Shown piece by piece: positions 51,809 through 61,969 of a stretch of DNA of 64,000 nt. The position numbers and the translations under genes were made by a program. The notes below the pieces were generated by a model. The model searched no databases. It was not told the origin of the DNA and worked only from the letters and a program-made list of their open reading frames with translations. Source of the DNA: Nitrosopumilaceae archaeon (lineage in GTDB: Archaea; Thermoproteota; Nitrososphaeria; Nitrososphaerales; Nitrosopumilaceae); NCBI GenBank assembly GCA_965208905.1, contig OZ242365.1, positions 2,112,001 through 2,176,000 on the forward strand, given 5' to 3'. How positions within the stretch are numbered: position 1 is the first letter of the stretch; each line of letters opens with the position of its first letter.

Positions 51809-52747
51809 ATGAGAGTCAATCTGACACAGAAGCAGATAGATTATATCATTCGACAATGCAGGAAAGGTAGTAGTACATCACACATTGCTACAGAGATGAA
51901 GATTAGCCAGAGACGCGTACAACAACTCTGGGCAATGTATCGTGCAACGGGCAAGATTCCCACACTACAAATGCCAGGCAGACCCAAGATTCCTCCCACC
52001 GAGGAGCAAACCAACGTCGTACTAGCAGCACATCGTATAATGCCAGCAGGCGTCACAAGGATCACCAAGTACTTAAATCACAAGGGCATACAAATAAGTG
52101 AAAAAACGGTATACACAATCATGAAAGAAAACAATATGGTCACTCCATCTGCAGCAAAATCGCGCAGGCGTAAATGGATACGCTATGAGCGCAGATACTC
52201 CAATGCGATGTGGCATACGGACTGGCATGCGATGAAAGATCCACGTTTTCAAGGCTACCAATTAATCACATATCTTGATGATGCGTCAAGATGTGTGGTT
52301 GGAGCCATGATATTCAAGGGGGCCACATCCGAGAACGCGGTAACAGTCCTGCAAAATAGCATTGTTGAGTTTGGAACCCCGGCCACCATACTCTCCGACA
52401 ACGGATCGTGCTTTGTGGGTGTGAGAAGAAAGATTCCTGCAAAATCATGGACCCCCACTATATTTGAGGCAGAGCTGCTTGACCGGGGTATTGAGTTGAT
52501 CAACATCCGCCCCTACCACCCACAAACAAACGGCAAGCTTGAACGGTTCCACCGCACCTTGGAAGAAGAACTATGTCATTTTGGCAGCCTAGCGGAGTTT
52601 GTCGCGTACTACAACGAGGTGCGACTGCACTGGTCTTTAGACATAAACAATGGCGAGACCCCGCTACAGGCATTTCACAACAAAAAAGTACCAGATGATG
52701 TCAGGAAGAGTGACTTAGAATGGATGGAGAGGGACACCGATGACTAG
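51809..52747 (+). CDS. IS481-family transposase (element about 51733-52766)
   Basis: HTH, 'WHTDW', 'YLDDASR', 'SDNGS', 'PQTNGKLERFH'; imperfect IRs GAAATTAGTTCGCC / GGCGAAATAATTTC. Confidence 0.9.
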   Translation: MRVNLTQKQIDYIIRQCRKGSSTSHIATEMKISQRRVQQLWAMYRATGKIPTLQMPGRPKIPPTEEQTNVVLAAHRIMPAGVTRITKYLNHKGIQISEKTVYTIMKENNMVTPSAAKSRRRKWIRYERRYSNAMWHTDWHAMKDPRFQGYQLITYLDDASRCVVGAMIFKGATSENAVTVLQNSIVEFGTPATILSDNGSCFVGVRRKIPAKSWTPTIFEAELLDRGIELINIRPYHPQTNGKLERFHRTLEEELCHFGSLAEFVAYYNEVRLHWSLDINNGETPLQAFHNKKVPDDVRKSDLEWMERDTDD

Positions 52748-52771
52748 GCGAAATAATTTCGACATAATACA

Positions 52772-53302
52772 TTATTGTAGATTTCTGTATAATGATAAGA
52801 GATCATCATGATACAAGAGTAGTTGCCTCAGTGTTGCATCATTTATTGATACTAGGTTCTGCCTGCCGACTTTGTGTATCATACCCTTTGAGAGTAGTTT
52901 ACCATATATCAGCCGGGGGCTCTTTACCTTATACGGGCGGAATATTGCATAATCTTTGATGGCAAACTTGTTGGTTGCATAGTAACGGAGAGCAGAGTTG
53001 TCCCACGGGTCCAGCTGCGTATAAATCGGCGATACTGCTATCAGCTCCAACATCGATATGTTCAGCGTATTGGCCATATGGTACAAGCGTCCTTGTGGCG
53101 TCAGTGATAGTGGGGGGTGTACTATAAGGTTGTACTGTATGGCCCTATTCATGGATACTAGAAGGGTGTTGTGTTTTACTTGTATCACATACTCTAGTTG
53201 GTCCTGTGTTACTGTTCTATGAAATAAAATATCGACAATCTTTGATATGATACTGCCGGAGCGTATCATGTTATATCTCTTCATTGTACGATTGCCATGC
53301 AC
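52772..53302 (-). CDS. Hypothetical protein, possible tandem winged helix
   Basis: Overlaps the TFB end; 'LSLTPQGR' and 'LLSKGMIHK' resemble wHTH wings. Confidence 0.5.
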   Translation of the reverse strand: MHGNRTMKRYNMIRSGSIISKIVDILFHRTVTQDQLEYVIQVKHNTLLVSMNRAIQYNLIVHPPLSLTPQGRLYHMANTLNISMLELIAVSPIYTQLDPWDNSALRYYATNKFAIKDYAIFRPYKVKSPRLIYGKLLSKGMIHKVGRQNLVSINDATLRQLLLYHDDLLSLYRNLQ

Positions 53303-54038
53303 GTAGGAGGTTCTTTAGGCCTGGTTCGGATATCTGCGCAGCAACCACTGCTTTACTTTTGGATATGCGTGTGCCGGCCAACACTATAGCTGCTGCCGCC
53401 ACGCATTGAGGTTTCTTGCCATGCGTAAAGTTACACTTTTCCATTGCATTGAGTATCGACAGAACCCTTTGGGCATCATATATGGACAGGTCCATATCAG
53501 TGCATAGCCGGGATATTATGGAGTGTGTATATCTGTCTGGTGTAATACCAGATACATACTGTATCTCTCTGTACATCCTCAAGATGCGACGCATCTTTGT
53601 TGATATGCCGGGTATCTCTTTCCACCCCAGCACACGGCCATGTAGACGACAGGCCAACATCGTGGCTGCGGCCGCAATTACAGTCTTATCTTTACCGGTA
53701 GCAAAGTCACCATACACCAATCTGCGGCACAGTGAGTATGCCTCACGCCGTATAGTCGTGCCCACACCTATACATTCTAGCATCTGCCGAAGCTTTACAA
53801 ATATTCTTGACAGTGTTATTGCTTGTGAGTTTCGACGTGCAGCTATGCCATTGGCACCGTACTTTGTCCGGGGCAGCATAGTCCCGACACCATAATCGTC
53901 CCGGCCTTCACTCAAGACTGATGTGGCAGGCGTCTGCTCTGATACATTGCACTCTAGTACTATCCCGCATGAGCTACATATTATTTCGCCGCGTATGCTG
54001 TCTATTATACTAGTTGTTTGTTTGCAGAGGCAGTTCAT
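53271..54038 (-). CDS. tfb: Divergent transcription initiation factor IIB (TFB) paralog
   Basis: Zn ribbon 'C.C......D..RGEIICSSCG.VL'; two cyclin folds 'GKDKTVIAAAA..LACR' and 'GKKPQCVAAAAI.LA'. Confidence 0.8.
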   Translation of the reverse strand: MNCLCKQTTSIIDSIRGEIICSSCGIVLECNVSEQTPATSVLSEGRDDYGVGTMLPRTKYGANGIAARRNSQAITLSRIFVKLRQMLECIGVGTTIRREAYSLCRRLVYGDFATGKDKTVIAAAATMLACRLHGRVLGWKEIPGISTKMRRILRMYREIQYVSGITPDRYTHSIISRLCTDMDLSIYDAQRVLSILNAMEKCNFTHGKKPQCVAAAAIVLAGTRISKSKAVVAAQISEPGLKNLLRAWQSYNEEI

Positions 54039-54244
54039 TGTGTATGCTCCGGGTTATACTTTACCAGTCTGCAGGGCTGTCGGTTTGTGGCCGCCCACTT
54101 ATTCTGTAATTTTTTATCCATGCTACAATATAGTAGCATTAGTATTTAAGGTTGTAACACTATTGTAACATATACACCAGATGACTCTACATATATGGTG
54201 CAACCATGTTATATAAAATTAAAAAAGAAAAATTCAGAATGATA

Positions 54245-55963
54245 TCAGTTCTGCATACATCCGTCAGTTACGGCGGAGTCATAGTTAATTTGAACCAGTA
54301 TTGAGGAGTTATCAACCAGATCTCCAGTTATCGTCAAGTCACTACCACTGAATTCAAATGGTAGACTAGATTCATCCGCTATTATGGACGTATTGTTCAC
54401 AAAGGTGAACTCTGCCTTTGTATCATAGCCAACCTTCAACTCCATGGTAACGAAGTTGTTAAGGCCATCAGCGCCACTAAGATACCCTACTACACCTGTA
54501 ATTCTTGCTGGATTGAGATCACAACCGAACGTTTTAGTATAACCTTGTACAAGACTAGTACTGCCATCAATATCATTGATAGACACAAATGCTACCTGAT
54601 CGGTCGCACTTATAGCCGTAGTTTTGCTCGGGGTTATCATACATTTGGCATCCTCAGCTGCTGAGAAGTACGATACCTCTACCTGATATGCTTCGGCTCC
54701 TGCTAGTGCGGCCTTTGTAACATTACTGTTGGCATTTATATCCCCATCATTCTCAGTACCTGTGCTACGCTCTAGGTTAAAGGTAGTAGCACCACCAGCA
54801 GCCGTAAAGTTTGCAGCTATTGCGGTATTCTTTGTTGTGTTCACAATGAACTCTAAGGGTCCCGGACTGCTACCAGTATTAACACCAGTATTTCGATCAT
54901 ATACACTAGACTTGAATTCGATAGTCTTGCCTGCCTTTAGCTCCATAACATTGGGGTACTCTATGGCACGGTTGTATAGTTGGGGATTATCAGCTCCAAT
55001 ATTAAAGTAGGTATCAAATAGCGTCTGGCTGTTGACAGTTAGTGAGACATCATTAAGACGTGCCGTGGGAAGATCGGTATCTGCCCGGTCAGATTCGCCA
55101 CTATCATATATGGGGTTTTGTATAGTTCTATCCATCTTAGCACCATCTTTGACCGTAATTGTCGTGCGGTCATTCAAGTTAGTAGTGATCTTTTGTACAA
55201 AGACATCGGACTCACAGACGAATCTAAAGTCTGTAGTGTAGTATCCTGAGGCGTCATCAGCAACACCATCACCACCAGTAGGTATCTTGGTTAAACCCTG
55301 TGTATACCAGGATAATAGAACCTTGCCGGTTGTACTAGCCGAATGTAAGTCGGTGGGTGCTGGGCCGATTCTGTTACTTACAGACTCTTGTACAAGCCCT
55401 AACTCACTTTGAATTTCACTAACATCCTCCTGAAGTGTAGTTATACTAGATGTGAACGTACCAATCTGTGCCTGTAGGGCATCAAGTTTGTCAGATATGG
55501 TATCAAAGGATGTGTCAGCATCATCAACAATTGTATCTACAGTACTTTGAATGTCAGGCAACATATCTGCAAGGTTATCATAATTTGTCTGAGCCTCTCT
55601 GGTGTTCTCTGCATCAGTTGCTACAAATTGATCGAATTTGGATTCAAGATTATTAATCTTGGAGTCCACCGCCATCACATCACTAGACACCTCAGATACT
55701 TTGTCAGACACCGTAGACAACTCATCAGATAGATCATTTATAACACTCAAGATTGGTGTAAAGTTGCTATCAAAGTTTGACCATAAATTAACTAGGTTTG
55801 ACACCATTGTGTTGGTGTCAGCCGTAGTATCAACAACCGTAATAAGTCTCTCAGTATTAGTTTGCGCAAAAGCATCATTAATCGTCATTGCTCCTGTCAC
55901 CATTACTATAGATAACAGGAGTGCATGGAATGTTTTATCTTTCATTTTAAACACATATTCCAT
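54245..55963 (-). CDS. Secreted/surface protein with coiled-coil N-terminal half and beta-rich C-terminal half
   Basis: Signal ending 'DAFA', heptad-rich region, then T/S/G/N-rich beta region. Confidence 0.75.
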   Translation of the reverse strand: MEYVFKMKDKTFHALLLSIVMVTGAMTINDAFAQTNTERLITVVDTTADTNTMVSNLVNLWSNFDSNFTPILSVINDLSDELSTVSDKVSEVSSDVMAVDSKINNLESKFDQFVATDAENTREAQTNYDNLADMLPDIQSTVDTIVDDADTSFDTISDKLDALQAQIGTFTSSITTLQEDVSEIQSELGLVQESVSNRIGPAPTDLHSASTTGKVLLSWYTQGLTKIPTGGDGVADDASGYYTTDFRFVCESDVFVQKITTNLNDRTTITVKDGAKMDRTIQNPIYDSGESDRADTDLPTARLNDVSLTVNSQTLFDTYFNIGADNPQLYNRAIEYPNVMELKAGKTIEFKSSVYDRNTGVNTGSSPGPLEFIVNTTKNTAIAANFTAAGGATTFNLERSTGTENDGDINANSNVTKAALAGAEAYQVEVSYFSAAEDAKCMITPSKTTAISATDQVAFVSINDIDGSTSLVQGYTKTFGCDLNPARITGVVGYLSGADGLNNFVTMELKVGYDTKAEFTFVNNTSIIADESSLPFEFSGSDLTITGDLVDNSSILVQINYDSAVTDGCMQN

Positions 55964-56296
55964 GTAATTTATATAAACATAATGGATCTAAGTTGGGGAA
56001 TTATATCTGGATAGGCAAGGCAAATCCTGTAGGGTACATGTTTATAAAGTATTATGATATATCAGCTAACCCATAAGTGATCTGCAAATCAAAGGTAGAT
56101 TCGTTAAATTGGTCTACGCCAGTACGCCAGTTTATTGTATATGCTTACACATCTGACGTTTTAGTATACGCTTGATGCTCCAACCCATGCGCAGACTTCT
56201 GGACGTGCATCCTAAACTGCATATGCTGGGAAGGAGTTCTTGGGCCCGCCCTATCCATTATACGCGACCGCGGGTATCACATACATGGTTGTAGTA

Positions 56297-57397
56297 TCAG
56301 TTGGGAGGTCCTAGACCTGTTCTGTCTATTGTATACCTGAGCACCTCCTTGAATGCCAGTTGTGTAATTGTTCTCTTGCGGCGTGACATGGATGCTACCG
56401 AGGCTGCCAGTACCACCTTTACCATCACCCAGACGTTGAACATCATTAGCGTGTATAGGAAACAAAACAGGCGTGCCCCAGGCTCACGACTCCGCGTCTT
56501 TGCCCTCATAGACTCTATCATTGCGTATCCGGACTCGATTCCCCACCGAACAGCATATGCAATAACGTCAATCCAAGGCAGGTTAGTAGCAAACCCGATG
56601 TACTGTACCTCAGGTAATTTTTCATCCTTTTTAGAGTCGTATCTTTTCCGTTTGGCTATCACCATGTTATATGAGGCAGTTGCATTGTATCCTGTCAGGG
56701 TGTTGCACAATACATTCTCAGTGGGATTGGTTGCAAAATAACGCAGTTTCTCTACTACACCATGAGTGTTACGGCAGGGCATTAGATAGGGTATGTTCAA
56801 TTTATTCAGGTTTGATATATTCTCAGCCGAAAAGAACTCACGATCAAACAGACATAGTTTGATCATTATGCCATAATTTAGACACTCTTGTATGATGACA
56901 CGCACCATGTCTGGAACCGATGCTAGAGCCGGTACCGGCAGGCATCCTAGATTGAGACGAATGTTATTGTTGACGCATTGTATTGTTACATATCGCTCAA
57001 AATATTTGGTCCCGTTCTTGTATCTGTATATTGCCAACTCCCCTCCCCGTGTACGATCATATCTGGGTATGAGATGCATATCTATTGCAACGACCATACC
57101 ATCTTTGGGAAGCAGATTCAGCTGCTTTAGTTTGAGAAGCTGTTTTGCTACTGATTCTTTAAACATCTTTTGAACATTATCTGTATCCATCGTAGCCAAC
57201 CGTCTCCGAAACCATTCATCGCTGGGGGAAACTCTTGCATAATTGCCTGCCGACACGCCAGATGCGCATCCTCCTACAGAAGAGTTAGCACAAACTGCCC
57301 GTATAATTCCACCATTGAAATCCTGCACATCGTATAATGCGTTGTGTTTGGTAGAGATGTCAACCAATGGAGAGATTGCGCCCTCCAAATGTTTCAT
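56297..57397 (-). CDS. ISH3-like (IS4 superfamily) transposase, N-terminus possibly disrupted
   Basis: 'AIDMHLIPRYD', 'LFDREFF', 'Y..RWGIESGY'. Confidence 0.8.
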   Translation of the reverse strand: MKHLEGAISPLVDISTKHNALYDVQDFNGGIIRAVCANSSVGGCASGVSAGNYARVSPSDEWFRRRLATMDTDNVQKMFKESVAKQLLKLKQLNLLPKDGMVVAIDMHLIPRYDRTRGGELAIYRYKNGTKYFERYVTIQCVNNNIRLNLGCLPVPALASVPDMVRVIIQECLNYGIMIKLCLFDREFFSAENISNLNKLNIPYLMPCRNTHGVVEKLRYFATNPTENVLCNTLTGYNATASYNMVIAKRKRYDSKKDEKLPEVQYIGFATNLPWIDVIAYAVRWGIESGYAMIESMRAKTRSREPGARLFCFLYTLMMFNVWVMVKVVLAASVASMSRRKRTITQLAFKEVLRYTIDRTGLGPPN

Positions 57398-57686
57398 GAT
57401 ATTGGCTCGTACGGTCAGGTTGTTCTGGAACTCACGTACGGCCGGCCTCCTCTCAATGCTGGTCGTGCCGCGGTACCGCCATCCGCATCAAGCAGACACA
57501 AATGCACCGTAAGCCAGTTTGGAACGATGATAAAGTCAGACAGTGTGTAGATAGATATTATACTGAACAGCAAGAAGGTATGCGTGCACGAGCCGACGCT
57601 GCCCAGATCCGCACAAACAGACACAAAGTCGGCATATAGTTCTAAAAATAATATTAAAAGAGGGGTACCTGACTACATACTTTAGA

Positions 57687-58541
57687 TTGGGTATTGTGCG
57701 TGGTGTGTGTAGTCTAGGTTCTTTGGAGCTGCGTAGCCCCGTCATACTAGCGTCGGGGTTACAAGGAGATACTCCTCAAAGATTAAAAGAGGCCTATGAT
57801 ACTGGAGTAGGAGCCGTTGTAACAAAGTCTGTTACAATGGAGCCTCGCTCAGGACACCCGGAACCAAATATAATTAAAAGAGAGAATGGTGGCTGGATTA
57901 ATGCAATAGGACTAAAAAATGTTGGAGCAAGACGATTTGCCGAAGAGTTGGGGCAGCCCACTTATCCGGTTATAGTGAGTTTAGCTGGCAATGATCCGTC
58001 TGATTTTGTACGAATGATCGAGATGTTTGATGGTGCTGCCGCCTTTGAGATTAATCTATCTTGCCCATCTGTTGTTACCTTTGGGTATAATGTTGGCGAC
58101 GACACATCACTAACTACTGAAATAATACGCGCAGCAAAGTCTGCAACCGATGTGCCGATATTTGTAAAGATTGCATATACAATGTTACAGTCCGTAGATG
58201 TATTTGTAAAAGCCGGAGTCGACGGCATAACTGCTATAAATACAGTACCTGCCATGGAGATAGACATTACCACCGGCAAACCAGAACTTGGCAATGGTAT
58301 GGGTGGCTTATCTGGTCCTCCAATAAAGAGCACTGCCATATATACAGTACATAAGCTATCAAAGATACATGACATACCAATAATGGGATGTGGTGGGATA
58401 TCGTCATGGCGTGATGCTGTAGAGTTTCTTTTGGCTGGAGCTGATGCCATACAGGTGGGTAGCGCTGCAATGGAGAACGTATCCGTATTACGTGACATAG
58501 CCAAAGGCGTTAAGGATTGGCAACTCAGTCATCACGCATGA
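57687..58541 (+). CDS. pyrD: Dihydroorotate dehydrogenase (class 1)
   Basis: 'PVILASG', 'VTKS', 'NAIGL.N', 'EINLSCP', 'GGLSGP', 'GCGGI', 'QVGSA'. Confidence 0.92.
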   Translation: MGIVRGVCSLGSLELRSPVILASGLQGDTPQRLKEAYDTGVGAVVTKSVTMEPRSGHPEPNIIKRENGGWINAIGLKNVGARRFAEELGQPTYPVIVSLAGNDPSDFVRMIEMFDGAAAFEINLSCPSVVTFGYNVGDDTSLTTEIIRAAKSATDVPIFVKIAYTMLQSVDVFVKAGVDGITAINTVPAMEIDITTGKPELGNGMGGLSGPPIKSTAIYTVHKLSKIHDIPIMGCGGISSWRDAVEFLLAGADAIQVGSAAMENVSVLRDIAKGVKDWQLSHHA

Positions 58542-58604
58542 TAGGCGGCGTTTGGACAGATATCGGATTTTGTATGTGTTCACGCATGTTTCCCAGAGTA
58601 CCTC

Positions 58605-59160
58605 CTATCTCACGGGATGCAGGAAGAGCAGCTGGCCTCCCTCGACTAGGTATCCATACCGTATGCGGGAGGTCGGGTTGAACTGTTGCTGGTCGTCGAT
58701 GCCGTGTGCCTGCACGCCCAGAACGAAGAGGGTCTCGTATCCGAAGAGGCCGCCGATATCCAGTATGCCAGAGCTCTCCCACGAGCCGGTGTCGCCGGTG
58801 TACACATCCACGGCGGCGGAGGGGTTGGCTAGGGAAGCATCAAGTACGACGCTTCTGTCGATGTTGGCTATCCGGATTACCACGCCGGTCCGGGGATCCA
58901 GAGTTACGATTCCAGCCTCGTTGGCGTTTGGAGCATCACCGCCGAACATTCCGCCTCCGGCCCTGTCCTCTTGAATGTATATCCGCCCGTCCTCGGCCCA
59001 GGCCAGGTTGTCTGGGGATCTGAGTGCCTGGGACGGGCCCGCATCGCCGTCATAGATGATCTCCAGAACGGCCGTCATGGTGCTGAAATCTGTCCGGACT
59101 GTATAGGTGGTGCCGACTCTGTCCGACCCATCCAGCCAGGATGTGCCGGTGGACGCCAGC
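58605..59160 (-). pseudogene. C-terminal fragment of a PhoX-like alkaline phosphatase
   Basis: 'SPDNL....DG.IYIQEDR', 'WESSGILD', 'VQAH'; lacks the N-terminal part; GC-richer than its flanks. Confidence 0.65.
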
Positions 59161-59571
59161 ACGATCTCGTTGCAGCGCCCAAGACAATCTTGCCAGCGGT
59201 AGTCCAAGGATGGTGCGTCCCCCACTATATGTAGCGCATACATGGCGACATACCAGAACCATCTTGCCAGACCCTACCTGAAAAAGGCGCTGGAGCTGGC
59301 GCCAGGGGATCCGGACGTGTTGGAGATGTTGGCACTTTTGGATGACTGATGTGCCGTGCGTATCGGCGCAATCCCGCGGGATCATGGTGATATTCGACGG
59401 GTCCAGAGCGGGCATCATGGGTCGAGAGAACTTACGTACGCGTAGTACTCGGCAAAAATATCCAATGTTTGTGGAGTGATAATGGGTTTGGTTTGCACGA
59501 AAAAATATTGAATGTCATTACGGAATACTACCCATCAGAATATAGACGAAACGGAAATATTTTTCAGTCAA

Positions 59572-60063
59572 TTATATGCGTATGCCCAACTCGCGCAACA
59601 TCTGAAACGTGTCTACATATCGTATGTTGAATTCTTCACAGACGTTGGGAATAAGAACTCTCCTCTTATTGTTAAGATTTAATCGTTCTTCAGTAACTAC
59701 AGTAAGTTTTTTTGTTAGCGCATAAGAGATAACCCAAGCATCCGCATTATTGCTGTCTGCAAATTCAGCTACTGCTACTTCCTTAAAGTTTTGACCTTTG
59801 GCCCATTGTATAATACGGGCATATCCATCAACAACATCCCCTTGCTTCGTATTTTTCCACTCTTTAAAATTACTAGTAGCCCACTCTTTCAATTCTCGAT
59901 TTTTAGTATCTATTTCATCATACACTTTATCTATACTCATTACCAATCCATCTTGAGCCACAAGAGCCAAGTTATTCCAAAAAGCTGGAGCTATGTCAAA
60001 GGCATAATAGCGTTTGTGAGCCTCAATGAATACATTGGCATCTAGTAAATACTTGGATGTCAA
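59572..60063 (-). CDS. DUF4411-family PIN-like protein
   Basis: 'YLLDANVFIEA..RYY.FD..P.FW', 'ADAWVISYA', 'VVTEE', 'IPNVC'. Confidence 0.88.
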   Translation of the reverse strand: MTSKYLLDANVFIEAHKRYYAFDIAPAFWNNLALVAQDGLVMSIDKVYDEIDTKNRELKEWATSNFKEWKNTKQGDVVDGYARIIQWAKGQNFKEVAVAEFADSNNADAWVISYALTKKLTVVTEERLNLNNKRRVLIPNVCEEFNIRYVDTFQMLRELGIRI

Positions 60064-61247
60064 ATCGGCACCCTCTTCTCTATGTGTTTTTTAATAGCAT
60101 CAAAAGTCTTTGGAGTTGTGTGGGTGAGTGCGTAAGCTTCACGATATAGGGTTCGACCTTCCCCAACGGCGGTGGTTAAAATATTCATGAACCGGTGGCT
60201 TATGTAGGCGGGTATGGCTTTGTCAGGGGGCGCTCCACCCGACCTTTTCTGTTTTTCTGCGGCTTTCCAATCATCATATATTCGTGTGTAGTCCTGATAA
60301 AAGGCATCAAATTGGGCCTGGGATATACATTCTGCATCCAAGGCTCTGCGCGCAGCAACAATCTTGCTCACCTTGAAACGACGGGCTATAGCGCGATAGA
60401 CATCACCTGATACGGTAAACTCATCCCAATGTTGGGTTATTGCTTTGGTGGGAACCAATAGTTCGGCGGCGATCCTATTACATGCACGTTCTAGTTGGTT
60501 GTTTGCTGGTTGAAAATTGTGTAGATCAAATGAGGCGCTTTCTCCAAGCCATATGTGGGCCAACTCATGGGCTAAAGTGAACATTTGGGCACCAGGATAG
60601 TCGGCGCTATTAACAAAGATGAATGGCGCATAATCATCTACCAAGACAAAACCACGAAACTCCACCGGGTCTAGTTTACGACTGTGATGGTGTTTGACCA
60701 TCTGTGTCCTCGCTAGAAATATTCGCTTCTTCTCTATTTTGGAACGTAAAACAGACCAATTAACCTCCTCTTTTTGGCTATTAGCCCATGCTTCCTGTAA
60801 GCTCAGTTCATCTTGAATCTTGGTGGCCACCTGTATAGGATCATCATGTATAGTACAGGAATTGACAAAGGGTAGTTTGTCCGCGCCAAGCTCTACAAGG
60901 TACTCCCGTACCCACTCTTGGCGCCGTTCTGTGAATTTGATGGTATCCTCAAGGTTAATGCTACGCTTTAGCGGTTTGGTGTTGTTCATGGTTCTAAAGT
61001 GTGGGATAGGTGATGGAGAGTCATCTGGCGGTTCAGAAAGTAGTAGGTAACCAAGTGGCGTATAGGTGGTTTTTGATAATCTCTCTAATTGCAAAAGCGT
61101 TGGGGATTTGTCGCCAGCCAACCATTTTGGTAGACGTTTAAAGTTCGTCTTGGCAGATAGTTCAGATACACTCTTGCCAGATCGCCGTAGTGCCCATTCC
61201 AATACTTTTGGCTCTACATCAACATAGAGTCGACTCTGCTCTCCCAT
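60060..61247 (-). CDS. XRE-HTH + ImmA/IrrE-family metallopeptidase
   Basis: 'LEWALRRSG', 'PTL.QLE', 'FRGF', 'FTLAHELAHIW', 'ERACNRIAAELLVP'; coupled to DUF4411. Confidence 0.9.
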   Translation of the reverse strand: MGEQSRLYVDVEPKVLEWALRRSGKSVSELSAKTNFKRLPKWLAGDKSPTLLQLERLSKTTYTPLGYLLLSEPPDDSPSPIPHFRTMNNTKPLKRSINLEDTIKFTERRQEWVREYLVELGADKLPFVNSCTIHDDPIQVATKIQDELSLQEAWANSQKEEVNWSVLRSKIEKKRIFLARTQMVKHHHSRKLDPVEFRGFVLVDDYAPFIFVNSADYPGAQMFTLAHELAHIWLGESASFDLHNFQPANNQLERACNRIAAELLVPTKAITQHWDEFTVSGDVYRAIARRFKVSKIVAARRALDAECISQAQFDAFYQDYTRIYDDWKAAEKQKRSGGAPPDKAIPAYISHRFMNILTTAVGEGRTLYREAYALTHTTPKTFDAIKKHIEKRVPI

Positions 61248-61509
61248 TACTATACAATAGATATACATCATATGTGTCTTTTTGTGTTCTCCGCTGTTCT
61301 CCGCGACGAGACGATGCACTGGGGGGTTATGAGGTTGGTGAGCTGTAACGCATGCTAAAATCAGTCAGTCGCCTATAATTTTGGTCCGATATAGTATATT
61401 TTGGCTGATTCTATGAATGATTGCGAAGCAAACTACGATCCAATGAAACGTCAAGTATTCGTCGAGTATTCAACCTAGTGGAAATACGGAGATGTGGACA
61501 TGTCTTTCT

Positions 61510-61964
61510 CCATGAAACCCGGCAGGCATCCCTGTCTAGTATCCTCTTCCTGCTGGGAGCCACCCTATCGACCTTGCCGTCCAGTCCGAGCCCATGCACG
61601 CGCAGCAGCCAGTCGTAGACGGTAGCATACGGCCTGCCCATATCTTTGGCCATCCTGTTGATGCTATCACATCTCTTCCTTTTGAGGATAGCCGTCAGTA
61701 TGAGCAGCTCCATGTAGATCTCCTTGCAGTTGGGGATGGCGGCAACCATCTCTTCTAGTTCCGCCTCTGAAACATCCGGAATGTACCCATCACCGATGGG
61801 CATCTTCTCAGGTTTTTCCGTTTTGGTGTATACCATGGGGTATGCGAGCAGTTAGTCTGATCTTAATCTTTCGATTGGTCACGCCACGGAATCGCTCGGA
61901 TTGGGGCAAATTTATCGATTTGTGTCAGTACATCCATAATCTATCGAATCCTACTGTCCGCTAG
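61510..61964 (-). mobile_element. IS630-family remnant (left end plus HTH fragment)
   Basis: End CTAGCGGACAGTAGGATTC next to TA; ORF 'TEKPEKMP.GD.Y.PD.SE.ELE' homologous to 2726-2968. Confidence 0.75.
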
Positions 61965-61969
61965 TATGC

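Noticed and set aside
59242-59349. Short TPR-like peptide (ARPYLKKALELAPGDPDVLEML)
   Set aside because: Only 35 codons; probably a remnant and too short to call.
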